The notes under the pieces: model-generated
Told to the model about the DNA's origin: nothing
Database searches by the model: none
What the model saw: only the letters and a program-made list of their open reading frames with translations
IMG/VR virus record: IMGVR_UViG_3300033069_001366
Span: 47,108 to 111,107 of that record
Direction: 5' to 3' (one strand)
Origin: a virus
Taxonomy: Duplodnaviria > Heunggongvirae > Uroviricota > Caudoviricetes
DNA length: 64,000 nucleotides
Program-made: the position numbers and the translations under genes
Part shown: piece by piece, positions 38,328 through 45,071 of the stretch
Layout of the letters: the number at the start of each line of letters is the position of its first letter
Position numbering within the stretch: the first letter of the stretch is position 1

Positions 38328-38892
38328 TTTTATACTTTTATTATAATATACTAAATATTTCTGATATTACCAAACACACCTCCGTTTATCCCTGCAAGTA
38401 GGGTTTCTATCTTCAAGCATTTAGATAGACTCATCTAACCTAAAACTCCCGTGTCCCTGTGCCTCATCTTTTCACCATGTAGGCTGTTGATTATGAGGAC
38501 TTTATATTTTCACGGAGGAATGTATTTTAGCCTACTTGGTTTTTTCTTGCAGGTACAAGTTGTCACGGATAGACATTGCTTGATATTTATACATCCTATC
38601 GTATGAATTAGTTACTTTCATACTAGTTTTAATAGATAACTTTTATTGTGCTAAAGGATAAAAGTTGGAAAAAACCTTTTGGCAAAAATAAGGGATATTA
38701 GTCAAAATAAAAAATCCTTCTATTTCTAGAAGGACTTTCTATTCCGTGACAATGATGCCTATAAAAACCAAGGCAAAAATACAACTTTTCTTTTTTCTTC
38801 CAAAATTTATTTTGTGGAGATGAAGATAATCGAAATCTTCTCAAATAGTTTGCAAAACTACTTCGCCAGCCTTGGAACATGCACCCCCTTAG

Positions 38893-38965
38893 TTGACTTG
38901 GTGAGTAACGATCTCACTACCTTTACATTATCAGTGTAACGCTCTACCATTTGAGCTACAAGTCA
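38893..38965 (-). tRNA. tRNA-Ile(GAU).
   Basis: Acceptor TGACTTG/CAAGTCA. D-arm GCTC-AAATGGTA-GAGC. Anticodon arm TTACA-CTGATAA-TGTAA. T-arm GTGAG-ATCGTTA-CTCAC. Confidence 0.65.
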
Positions 38966-39501
38966 TTATTAATTATTTGAAAATGTATCTCTGCATGACA
39001 ATTTTTACACACTAAAATACATTTATCTAATTCAGACTTTAAGTTTTGAAAACTTTTAGTTCCACCACTTATAGTATAATCTTTTTTATTAGGATCAATA
39101 TGATGAAATTCTAAAGCAGCAAGACATTTATTATATCCACATTTACAACATTTCCCTCCTTTATATTCTACACATTGTTCTTTTACTTTTAACCTATAGC
39201 CTTTTTTTCTTTTGTCAGCTTTTTGTTTAATTTGAAGTTTTGTAAGTTTTCTTGCTTTTAATTTTTTACCTAATAATTGTCTTGATACTTTAAATTTATC
39301 AGCAACACCTTTAAAAGATAATCCTTGATCATAAGCATCCTGATATATTTTTAATAATTCAGGTGTATATTTATCAACTTTGTTAATAAATTTTGAACAA
39401 TGATAACTTACTGTTGATTTAGAGCATCTTAACTGTTTAGATATTTCAGCAGAACTAAATCCTTTATGAAAAAGTTCCAAAATTTTTGTCTTTTTAACCA
39501 T
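38956..39501 (-). CDS. HTH-HNH homing endonuclease (181 aa).
   Basis: N-terminal HTH-like segment (SSAEISKQLRCSKSTVSYH). C-terminal EFHHIDPNKKD...LVCKNCHAEIH HNH motif with Cys pairs. Confidence 0.65.
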   Translation of the reverse strand: MVKKTKILELFHKGFSSAEISKQLRCSKSTVSYHCSKFINKVDKYTPELLKIYQDAYDQGLSFKGVADKFKVSRQLLGKKLKARKLTKLQIKQKADKRKKGYRLKVKEQCVEYKGGKCCKCGYNKCLAALEFHHIDPNKKDYTISGGTKSFQNLKSELDKCILVCKNCHAEIHFQIINNDL

Positions 39502-39561
39502 TATTGTATACTTTATATATACAATATAAGATAAAAGTTCGAATTTATCAAATTTATTTTG

Positions 39562-39638
39562 TACTGATGATTAGATTCGAACTAATGTGTAACCAACTAC
39601 CTTTTCAACTGGATATAAGCCAGAGAGGATACATCAGC
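39562..39638 (-). tRNA. tRNA-like element, non-canonical and a possible pseudo-tRNA; identity unresolved.
   Basis: Acceptor GCTGATG/CATCAGT and a good T-arm ATTAG-TTCGAAT-CTAAT. The body has only one clean stem-loop (CTGG-CTTATAT-CCAG) and no standard D-arm. Confidence 0.3.
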
Positions 39639-39641
39639 ATG

Positions 39642-39716
39642 TCGCCTATCACGGATTCGAACCGAGGATCTTTCCTTAGACAGAGGAACAGGGACGACCA
39701 ACTCCCCTAATAGGCG
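39642..39716 (-). tRNA. tRNA-Asp(GUC).
   Basis: Anticodon arm TTCCT-CTGTCTA-AGGAA. D-arm GGGG/CCCT. T-loop TTCGAAT with one U-U pair in the T-stem. Confidence 0.6.
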
Positions 39717-39720
39717 TTAG

Positions 39721-39794
39721 TACCATGTATGGGATTCGAACCCATGAATAACACCGTGAAAGAGTGTTGACCTAGACCGCTAGTCAAACATGGC
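39721..39794 (-). tRNA. tRNA-Glu(UUC).
   Basis: Acceptor GCCATGT/ACATGGT. Anticodon arm ACACT-CTTTCAC-GGTGT. T-arm ATGGG-TTCGAAT-CCCAT. Confidence 0.65.
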
Positions 39795-39797
39795 ATG

Positions 39798-39871
39798 TGC
39801 AGTAGACAAGACTCGAACTTGCAAACCTCCGACTTGGAAGGACGGCATTCTACCAATTGAACTACTACTGC
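39798..39871 (-). tRNA. tRNA-Gly(UCC).
   Basis: Acceptor GCAGTAG/CTACTGC. Anticodon loop CTTCCAA, with one U-U in the stem. T-arm GCAAG-TTCGAGT-CTTGT. Confidence 0.55.
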
Positions 39872-39994
39872 AGGTTTAGGTTTTTGTACGCCCGATAGAA
39901 CCTATTAACTATGTGTACTTTACGATTACACTCTTCATTTGAGCTTGAATCAGAGGCTTAAGAGGGACTACGACACTGTGTACATCAGTAACAC

Positions 39995-40459
39995 TTATTT
40001 ATATACAGAAGGGTGTCTTATGACGTGATCTGCAGCCTTACATGCTATCATTTCTCCAGTTTTAAAAGTTGAGTTTGCATAACCTTTAAACGCAGAAACT
40101 AATTTAGAACTTATAGTTTTCTTTGCATCTGCAAAATCAAATTCCAAAGCTTTAACAGCAATAGGGATATCTTGAGTCAAAGTATCATGTATTTCAAGAG
40201 TTCTTAATCCTTCTCCATATAATCTTGTAAATTGACTAAAATCTTTTATTCTTGATACAACTTCTTTTAAGTAAATAAAATGAGCACCTCTTCTTCCATA
40301 TCTATAAGCTATACAAGTTACATAAACGGTATCTTGTCCCCAGTCTTGACTATCTGTTCCGATAGATATTTCTAGATGATTGAATTTTTCAATCTGATCT
40401 AGCGTATGTTCGATGATATTTACTATTTTACCATCTTGTGTCCGAAAATATTTTTCCAT
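39995..40459 (-). CDS. Hypothetical protein (154 aa) embedded in the tRNA array.
   Basis: ORF with no motif I can assign; a segment LEISIGTDSQDWG is noted. Confidence 0.45.
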   Translation of the reverse strand: MEKYFRTQDGKIVNIIEHTLDQIEKFNHLEISIGTDSQDWGQDTVYVTCIAYRYGRRGAHFIYLKEVVSRIKDFSQFTRLYGEGLRTLEIHDTLTQDIPIAVKALEFDFADAKKTISSKLVSAFKGYANSTFKTGEMIACKAADHVIRHPSVYK

Positions 40460-40483
40460 ATTGCAAAGATAGTAATTTTTCTG

Positions 40484-40555
40484 TTGCGAGGGGGAGATTC
40501 GAACTCCCGACTAAAAGGGTATGAGCCTTTTCTGCTACCGCTGCATTACCTCACA
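40484..40555 (-). tRNA. tRNA with CAU anticodon (Met or Ile2).
   Basis: Anticodon arm AAAGG-CTCATAC-CCTTT. T-arm GGGAG-TTCGAAT-CTCCC. Acceptor TGTGAGG/CCTCGCA. Confidence 0.6.
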
Positions 40556-40560
40556 TTATG

Positions 40561-40634
40561 AGGGAAGTAAGGGTGACGATCCCTTCACCTAATGATTAAC
40601 AGTCATTTGCTCTACCAACATGAGCTAACTTCCC
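40561..40634 (-). tRNA. tRNA-Asn(GUU).
   Basis: Acceptor GGGAAGT/ACTTCCC. Anticodon arm AATGA-CTGTTAA-TCATT. Atypical T-loop ATCGTCA. Confidence 0.6.
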
Positions 40635-40676
40635 ACATCTCCTTTTTTAACTCCACGGGGAAAGGTAACCCACCTG

Positions 40677-40750
40677 TATCCTTGGTAAGAATCGAACTTA
40701 CAACTTTTTGCTTAGAAGGCAAATACTCTATCCGTTGAGTTACAAGGACT
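40677..40750 (-). tRNA. tRNA-Arg(UCU).
   Basis: Anticodon arm TTTGC-CTTCTAA-GCAAA. D-arm ACTC/GAGT. T-arm GTAAG-TTCGATT-CTTAC. Confidence 0.65.
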
Positions 40751-40754
40751 TGTG

Positions 40755-40828
40755 TAGAGGATAGGAATTCCGAGATCCTGACTTCTTGTTTGTAATACAA
40801 GCACTCTGCCAACTGAGTTAATCCTCTA
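40755..40828 (-). tRNA. tRNA-Val(UAC).
   Basis: Acceptor AGAGGAT/ATCCTCT. Anticodon arm CTTGT-ATTACAA-ACAAG. T-arm imperfect. Confidence 0.55.
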
Positions 40829-40832
40829 TATG

Positions 40833-40906
40833 TCTCCCCTGAGGGACTCGAACCCACGACTCGTAAATTAAAAGTTTACTACTCTAGCCAACTGAGTTAA
40901 GAGGAG
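40833..40906 (-). tRNA. tRNA-Lys(UUU).
   Basis: Anticodon arm GTAAA-CTTTTAA-TTTAC. D-arm ACTC-AGTTGGCTA-GAGT. T-arm GTGGG-TTCGAGT-CCCTC with one U-U. Confidence 0.65.
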
Positions 40907-40938
40907 AAATAAAAAAGCCCTTCTTTTTGGGAAGGGCT
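40907..40938 (-). terminator. Hairpin with a U-tract (on the minus strand) abutting the 5' end of tRNA-Lys; a terminator or processing signal.
   Basis: agcccttc-tttttgg-gaagggct. On the minus strand it is followed by TTTTTTATTT. Confidence 0.4.
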
Positions 40939-41110
40939 TGTGTATTTTATTTTCTTAACTCTCACTTACAGAAAGACAACACAAACCCTATTGAGTTTCT
41001 ATCCTCAATATTACCTTTCACCATCGCTATGATATTTAAAGATTGCATTTGTGAATGTCTATAACTTTTAATTAGTGCAAATATACAATGTATTTTTTAA
41101 AAATCCAAAT

Positions 41111-41323
41111 TTATTTTTTTGTTCTAAAAAAATATTTTCCGTTTTCTGCTTTTTCTATTTTCTTATGAACTTTTCTTAGTATTCTAGGGACCTTTTTGCC
41201 TATATATACTCTTCTAGTCCCAAGAGTTATTTGTTCTAATGACTCTTGAAACATTATATAACCACCAACTCCAGTATAAAGTGTGATATTTCTCATACTA
41301 CAAAGATATATATTTTTGACCAC
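41111..41323 (-). CDS. Small hypothetical protein (70 aa) with a Lys-rich C-terminus.
   Basis: ORF between tRNA clusters; weak support. Confidence 0.3.
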   Translation of the reverse strand: MVKNIYLCSMRNITLYTGVGGYIMFQESLEQITLGTRRVYIGKKVPRILRKVHKKIEKAENGKYFFRTKK

Positions 41324-41389
41324 TTTATCTGATTCGAACAGATAATTTTTGATCCGTAGTCAAAGGTTATTTCCAGTTTAACTAAAAGT
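41317..41389 (-). tRNA. tRNA-Arg(ACG).
   Basis: Acceptor CCACTTT/AAAGTGG. Anticodon arm TTTGA-CTACGGA-TCAAA. T-arm ATCTG-TTCGAAT-CAGAT. Confidence 0.65.
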
Positions 41390-41396
41390 GGTTTAC

Positions 41397-41469
41397 AGGG
41401 TGATTAAAGGGACTCGAACCCTCACATAATACAGCCACAATGTACCGCTCTACCATTAAGCTATAACCA
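41397..41469 (-). tRNA. tRNA-His(GUG) with an encoded G-1 and C73.
   Basis: Anticodon arm GTACA-TTGTGGC-TGTAT. Extra 5' G pairs with discriminator C. D-arm GCTT-AATGGTA-GAGC. Confidence 0.7.
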
Positions 41470-41471
41470 CC

Positions 41472-41544
41472 AGATCCAATACTAGGGTTCGAACCTAGAA
41501 TCTACTGAATCAAAGTCAGTCGGGTTACCAATTACCCCATATTG
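41472..41544 (-). tRNA. tRNA-Gln(UUG).
   Basis: U1-A72 acceptor pair TCCAATA/TATTGGA. Anticodon arm ACTGA-CTTTGAT-TCAGT. T-arm CTAGG-TTCGAAC-CCTAG. Confidence 0.65.
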
Positions 41545-41567
41545 GAATTTTTCTTCATCCAGTATCC

Positions 41568-41638
41568 TGCACCTCGTACCCTAATCGAAAAGGTTCCAAG
41601 AGGTTTGGAAGCTCTTGTGCTACCATTACACCAACGAG
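41568..41638 (-). tRNA. tRNA-Trp(CCA).
   Basis: Acceptor ACCTCGT/ACGAGGT. Anticodon loop TTCCAAA, with a C-C at the 31-39 pair. T-arm ACCTT-TTCGATT-AGGGT. Confidence 0.55.
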
Positions 41639-41643
41639 GTATC

Positions 41644-41717
41644 TGTGGTAACTCTCAGGTTCGAACTGAGTTAGTCTGTTCTTCAAACAGATGCATTGAC
41701 CAACAATTGCTTAGTTA
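41644..41717 (-). tRNA. tRNA-Phe(GAA).
   Basis: Acceptor GGTAACT/AGTTACC with A73. Anticodon arm TCTGT-TTGAAGA-ACAGA. T-arm CTCAG-TTCGAAC-CTGAG. Confidence 0.7.
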
Positions 41718-41723
41718 CCTTTT

Positions 41724-41797
41724 AGATCCTCCTGAGTTACTCGAAAACTCTCTATTTCTGCTTACAAGGCAGACGCAGCACCATATCTGCATAGGAG
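41724..41797 (-). tRNA. tRNA-Thr(UGU).
   Basis: D-arm GCAG-ATATGGTG-CTGC. Anticodon arm TCTGC-CTTGTAA-GCAGA. T-arm GAGTT-TTCGAGT-AACTC. G1-A72 mismatch. Confidence 0.6.
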
Positions 41798-41803
41798 GCA
41801 TTT

Positions 41804-41879
41804 AGAGTCCATAGTTGGATTTGAACCAACGGTTTTACAATTTTGCAGATTGTTGCTTTTGACCTCTCAGCCATATGGA
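41804..41879 (-). tRNA. tRNA-Cys(GCA).
   Basis: Acceptor GTCCATA/TATGGAC with U73. Anticodon arm ACAAT-CTGCAAA-ATTGT. T-arm GTTGG-TTCAAAT-CCAAC. Confidence 0.65.
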
Positions 41880-41883
41880 CCTA

Positions 41884-42022
41884 TGTGGCAATGAATGGAT
41901 TCGAACCATCTATTTTATAACTTAGTCGCTTAAATTATTCAATCTTTTGTGTCAGGTAGACAGAGGACGATTCTGCATGATGTCCACATCCCAAATGTGG
42001 CGGCTTACCAATTAGCCCACTA
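41884..42022 (-). tRNA. Interrupted tRNA-Pro(UGG)-like gene. The 5' half (acceptor, D-arm, anticodon arm) and the 3' half (T-arm, acceptor) are separated by an insertion of about 70 nt; it may be a pseudogene or an intron-containing tRNA.
   Basis: 3' half: GATGG-TTCGAAT-CCATT plus CATTGCC. 5' half: GGTAGTG (which pairs with CATTGCC through two G-U wobbles), D-arm GGCT-AATTGGTA-AGCC, and a perfect anticodon arm CCACA-TTTGGGA-TGTGG. Confidence 0.3.
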
Positions 42023-42498
42023 CCTGTTTTATGCTTTATTGTATGACAATTACAACAAAGTAGTTGTAAGTTATCAAGATTATTATTTTTTCTATTTCTA
42101 TCTTTATGATGAACTTCTAAAGCTAAAGGGTTATCAAAATTACATTCCTCACATTTTAATTCCTTCATTGATTTTATCTTTATCCATCTATAACTACCTA
42201 TACCAGTTTTATATTGAGGATGATTTTCCCATTTTTTAAAAAGAGTATTGTTTTTTATAGTCGAACACTTTTTACTACAATATAAATTTCCTGTTTTAGA
42301 CCTTTTAATTCTACTAGGAGTAACTATCAAATCTTTACCACAATTTGCACATTTATAATTATATTCTTTTGCTTTTCCTATATGCTTACATTCATTTGAA
42401 CAATAAATTTTCCAATCTTTTTTGATACTAAAATTTATATATTTCTCTTCCTTTTCAAATTTAGATTTACAAACAGGACATATTAAACTTACTTTCAT
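41935..42498 (-). CDS. Zn-finger HNH homing endonuclease (187 aa) whose 3' end overlaps the 5' half of the interrupted tRNA-Pro-like gene.
   Basis: Motif EVHHKDRNRKNNNLDNLQLLCCNCH, which is the HNH signature. Multiple CxxC pairs. Confidence 0.65.
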   Translation of the reverse strand: MKVSLICPVCKSKFEKEEKYINFSIKKDWKIYCSNECKHIGKAKEYNYKCANCGKDLIVTPSRIKRSKTGNLYCSKKCSTIKNNTLFKKWENHPQYKTGIGSYRWIKIKSMKELKCEECNFDNPLALEVHHKDRNRKNNNLDNLQLLCCNCHTIKHKTGSGLIGKPPHLGCGHHAESSSVYLTQKIE

Positions 42499-42587
42499 AC
42501 TACTAATATAGTAAAAAGTTTTCGAACTTCCAAATTTATTTTTATCCCAAAGCTAGTGGGAAAAACCTGACTTCCCTACATCGCCAT

Positions 42588-42616
42588 AAAATAAAAAACC
42601 CTCATGTTATTGAGGG
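42588..42616 (-). terminator. Bidirectional rho-independent terminator-like hairpin.
   Basis: ccctca-tgttat-tgaggg, flanked by an A-run on plus (a T-run on minus) and TTTGTGTAT. Confidence 0.45.
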
Positions 42617-42731
42617 TTTGTGTATGAATCGGAAAAAATAAAAGCTTACTTTTTAATACATATACATAGACCCTCGCAGATGCCAAATGGACACTGGGTT
42701 GTGGGTTGCCATGTATGTGTAAAGTTATTTT

Positions 42732-42965
42732 TCATAAAATTAAGTCTTTGATCTTATCAAAATTTTTACCTATAAAAAATCCTAAAAGGATTCCAAATAT
42801 AAACCACATATTTTTATTTTTTAGGTTTGGGTTTAGGTTTTCCACAGCCACAAGCCATAGTAATCTGTTTTGGAATACAAATATACGAAATGTTTTTATA
42901 TTTTCCAAATTTATTTTAAAAAAAGACCCTTGAGAACAAGGGTCAAAACTTTTTACAGAAACCAA
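42732..42965 (-). CDS. Possible small membrane protein; probably only the C-terminal transmembrane peptide MWFIFGILLGFFIGKNFDKIKDLIL is real.
   Basis: ORF with a hydrophobic C-terminal helix; weak support. Confidence 0.25.
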   Translation of the reverse strand: MVSVKSFDPCSQGSFFKINLENIKTFRIFVFQNRLLWLVAVENLNPNLKNKNMWFIFGILLGFFIGKNFDKIKDLIL

Positions 42966-42981
42966 GAAAACTGCAAGTTTA

Positions 42982-43971
42982 TTATATGTTAGGATGAATT
43001 ATTACTCCTTCAAAATTTACTACAATTTGTTTTGATGTAGCATTTATAAAAGCTGATTGGAATTCTAAGATAAGATTTGTTCCATTCTTTCTTACAATAT
43101 AACCATATTGTTGAGTTATTTGATCTCCAGTTCCAGGTTGGTCTATATAGTTAATAGATTTTAGGTCTGCTGTACCAAGAAGTTCCGCTGCAGAAACACC
43201 ACATCCAGTTGCTAAAGCAGTTATTGTAGAAATATTTCCTACAGTAACAGTTCTTTTTCTAGTTCCAGCAAGATCACTATATGCTCCAAAATTTACAGTA
43301 TATGTTGCAGAACCTTTAAATTCTATAGTTCCATCAAATCTTACTCTATATTTAGGAGTACCAGATACATAAACTACATTTGCATTTCCTGTAGCTGTTA
43401 ATGTAACATCTCTCCAAACTCCATCAAAGCACTTTCTTGTTGCTGTAATAGAAGGATTAATTGATACTATAAATGGATCTGTTGCAGGACCTGTACCTGT
43501 TACAGTGACTCCTGTACCACCTTGTACATACATATTTATAGTAGGGGTTGGAGGAATTGCTCTTAATTTTCCATCTGTACCTATTTCAAGATAGTTTCCA
43601 CTATCGGCTGAAATAAGTGAAGCTGGAGCTACATTAAATCTTATTTTTTCATTTAATCCAGGATTCAAGACTGTTTTAGTCATGAAGTTTCCTACTAATA
43701 ATTTGTTATTTAGATAATCTGCAGTATCATCTGATGATGAAACTTTTGCATATATATCTGAACCACTTGGTGGAGTAGGAATATCAAGATTTGCAATAAG
43801 AGTATCAAGAGCTTCTAAAACTTGAAGCCCATTCATATCATTTGTAATACCAAGAGCTGAATGAACACCAGGAAGTGTTATGCACTCAAAAGTAGTTGGG
43901 TTTAAACAACCACAATTATCATAGCTATTTTCAGAACAAGGATTACAAGGTGTATTTTCTAAACAAGACAT
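42982..43971 (-). CDS. Tail-fibre-like protein (329 aa) with a Cys-rich N-terminal module.
   Basis: N-terminus CLENTPCNPCSENSYDNCGCLNPTTFEC. Gly/Thr-rich beta-rich body (VQGGTGVTVTGTGPATDP). Confidence 0.5.
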   Translation of the reverse strand: MSCLENTPCNPCSENSYDNCGCLNPTTFECITLPGVHSALGITNDMNGLQVLEALDTLIANLDIPTPPSGSDIYAKVSSSDDTADYLNNKLLVGNFMTKTVLNPGLNEKIRFNVAPASLISADSGNYLEIGTDGKLRAIPPTPTINMYVQGGTGVTVTGTGPATDPFIVSINPSITATRKCFDGVWRDVTLTATGNANVVYVSGTPKYRVRFDGTIEFKGSATYTVNFGAYSDLAGTRKRTVTVGNISTITALATGCGVSAAELLGTADLKSINYIDQPGTGDQITQQYGYIVRKNGTNLILEFQSAFINATSKQIVVNFEGVIIHPNI

Positions 43972-43994
43972 ATTTAAAATATTTTAAAAAGTTA

Positions 43995-44426
43995 TTAAGG
44001 TGCTACAGTAGTAGTCGTTGTTGTACTAGTTGTAGTAGTCGTTGTTGTTATTATTGGTGAACATGTACTAAATATAGTATGATTTATAGGAGGATATGAA
44101 ATAAGTTCTCCAACTATATATAAATTCGAATCATCTACAATATCACTATAACCTAACTTTAGCATTGTAGTTGTAACTAAAGGTACTATATCAACAACAA
44201 GTTCATGTATTACTTTATTAGAATCCGATACAGTTCTATATGTAACAGCACTTATATCTGAATCATTTAGATCATTAATAGCATTACCTATTTTTTTTGA
44301 ACTATCGAAAGGAAAATATTTGTCAACAAAATTTTTCTCAGTAGAATCTAATAATACTGATTTTATTTTTATTATAGGGTAACTAGTATTTTCTAGTTTT
44401 TCCCACGTATATTTATAGTATGCCAT
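43995..44426 (-). CDS. Small structural protein (143 aa) with a poly-Thr C-terminus.
   Basis: The ORF ends in TTTTTTSTTTTTTVAP. Confidence 0.45.
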   Translation of the reverse strand: MAYYKYTWEKLENTSYPIIKIKSVLLDSTEKNFVDKYFPFDSSKKIGNAINDLNDSDISAVTYRTVSDSNKVIHELVVDIVPLVTTTMLKLGYSDIVDDSNLYIVGELISYPPINHTIFSTCSPIITTTTTTTSTTTTTTVAP

Positions 44427-44438
44427 TTTTTTAATTTA

Positions 44439-45071
44439 TTATTGATCATAACAAGAGCAAGCATTTACAAAATTGGTATATCCTCCTCCTCCTAAATACT
44501 GAGTTAACATTTGATCTGCTGTTAATATTGGAATAATAATTGGTACATTAGGAGCACTTCCGTCTTGATCACCATAAGCTTTAAAAATTAAATTTTGTGC
44601 AATAGAAGGAAAAGTTTTAAAACATATCATTATAACCATTGCAGCATCTCCTGAATTTGGAATTTCATCCGCATAACCTGACCAATCACTAAATGCTCCT
44701 AGTATTCCCATTTCATTTAATGCATTTTGTAGTTGAGTAATAGATGAAGTAGGAATACAACCTGAACAATTATAAAAACTAATAGGAGTACTAAATATAA
44801 TAGTATTTCCATTTAAAGTTGCCTCAGTTATATAAACATCATTATATGCAGCATCTCCACCATCAGATATAGACTCTTGTATTTGTATAGAGTAACATTG
44901 AATCTCTTCAAGATTAAACTCTTCATCACAAGAAGAAACAATTGCTGTTTCATTAGTTGATCCAATAAGCTCAGCTCCAGGAGGTAAAACAAAAGTTTCT
45001 CCTTGTTGTAAAGTAACTGATTTATATATACATTTTGTTCCTGTTGCCATAATTATACGTTTGAAATACAA
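44439..45071 (-). CDS. Hypothetical tail-associated protein (210 aa).
   Basis: ORF within the fibre module. Confidence 0.45.
   Translation of the reverse strand: MYFKRIIMATGTKCIYKSVTLQQGETFVLPPGAELIGSTNETAIVSSCDEEFNLEEIQCYSIQIQESISDGGDAAYNDVYITEATLNGNTIIFSTPISFYNCSGCIPTSSITQLQNALNEMGILGAFSDWSGYADEIPNSGDAAMVIMICFKTFPSIAQNLIFKAYGDQDGSAPNVPIIIPILTADQMLTQYLGGGGYTNFVNACSCYDQ

Noticed and set aside
38698-38880. 60-aa minus-strand ORF inside the 560-nt leader upstream of the tailspike.
   Set aside because: There are no motifs, its composition is odd, and it partly overlaps a T-arm-like hairpin. The region looks more like structured non-coding RNA.
38328-38892. Group I intron or tmRNA hypothesis for the long non-coding leader.
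   Set aside because: No split exon (interrupted tRNA or CDS) flanks the region, and no 5' acceptor partner was found for the T-arm-like hairpin. It is kept only as a generic structured-RNA candidate.
39872-39994. Possible additional tRNA between tRNA-Gly and the 154-aa ORF.
   Set aside because: No T-loop or acceptor complementarity could be assembled into a cloverleaf. It is likely a promoter or leader for the tRNA cluster.
35930-42022. Possibility of suppressor tRNAs or stop-codon reassignment, as seen in some crAss-like and Lak phages.
   Set aside because: None of the tRNA anticodons is CUA, UUA or UCA. All large ORFs are uninterrupted in the standard code, so there is no evidence for recoding in this window.
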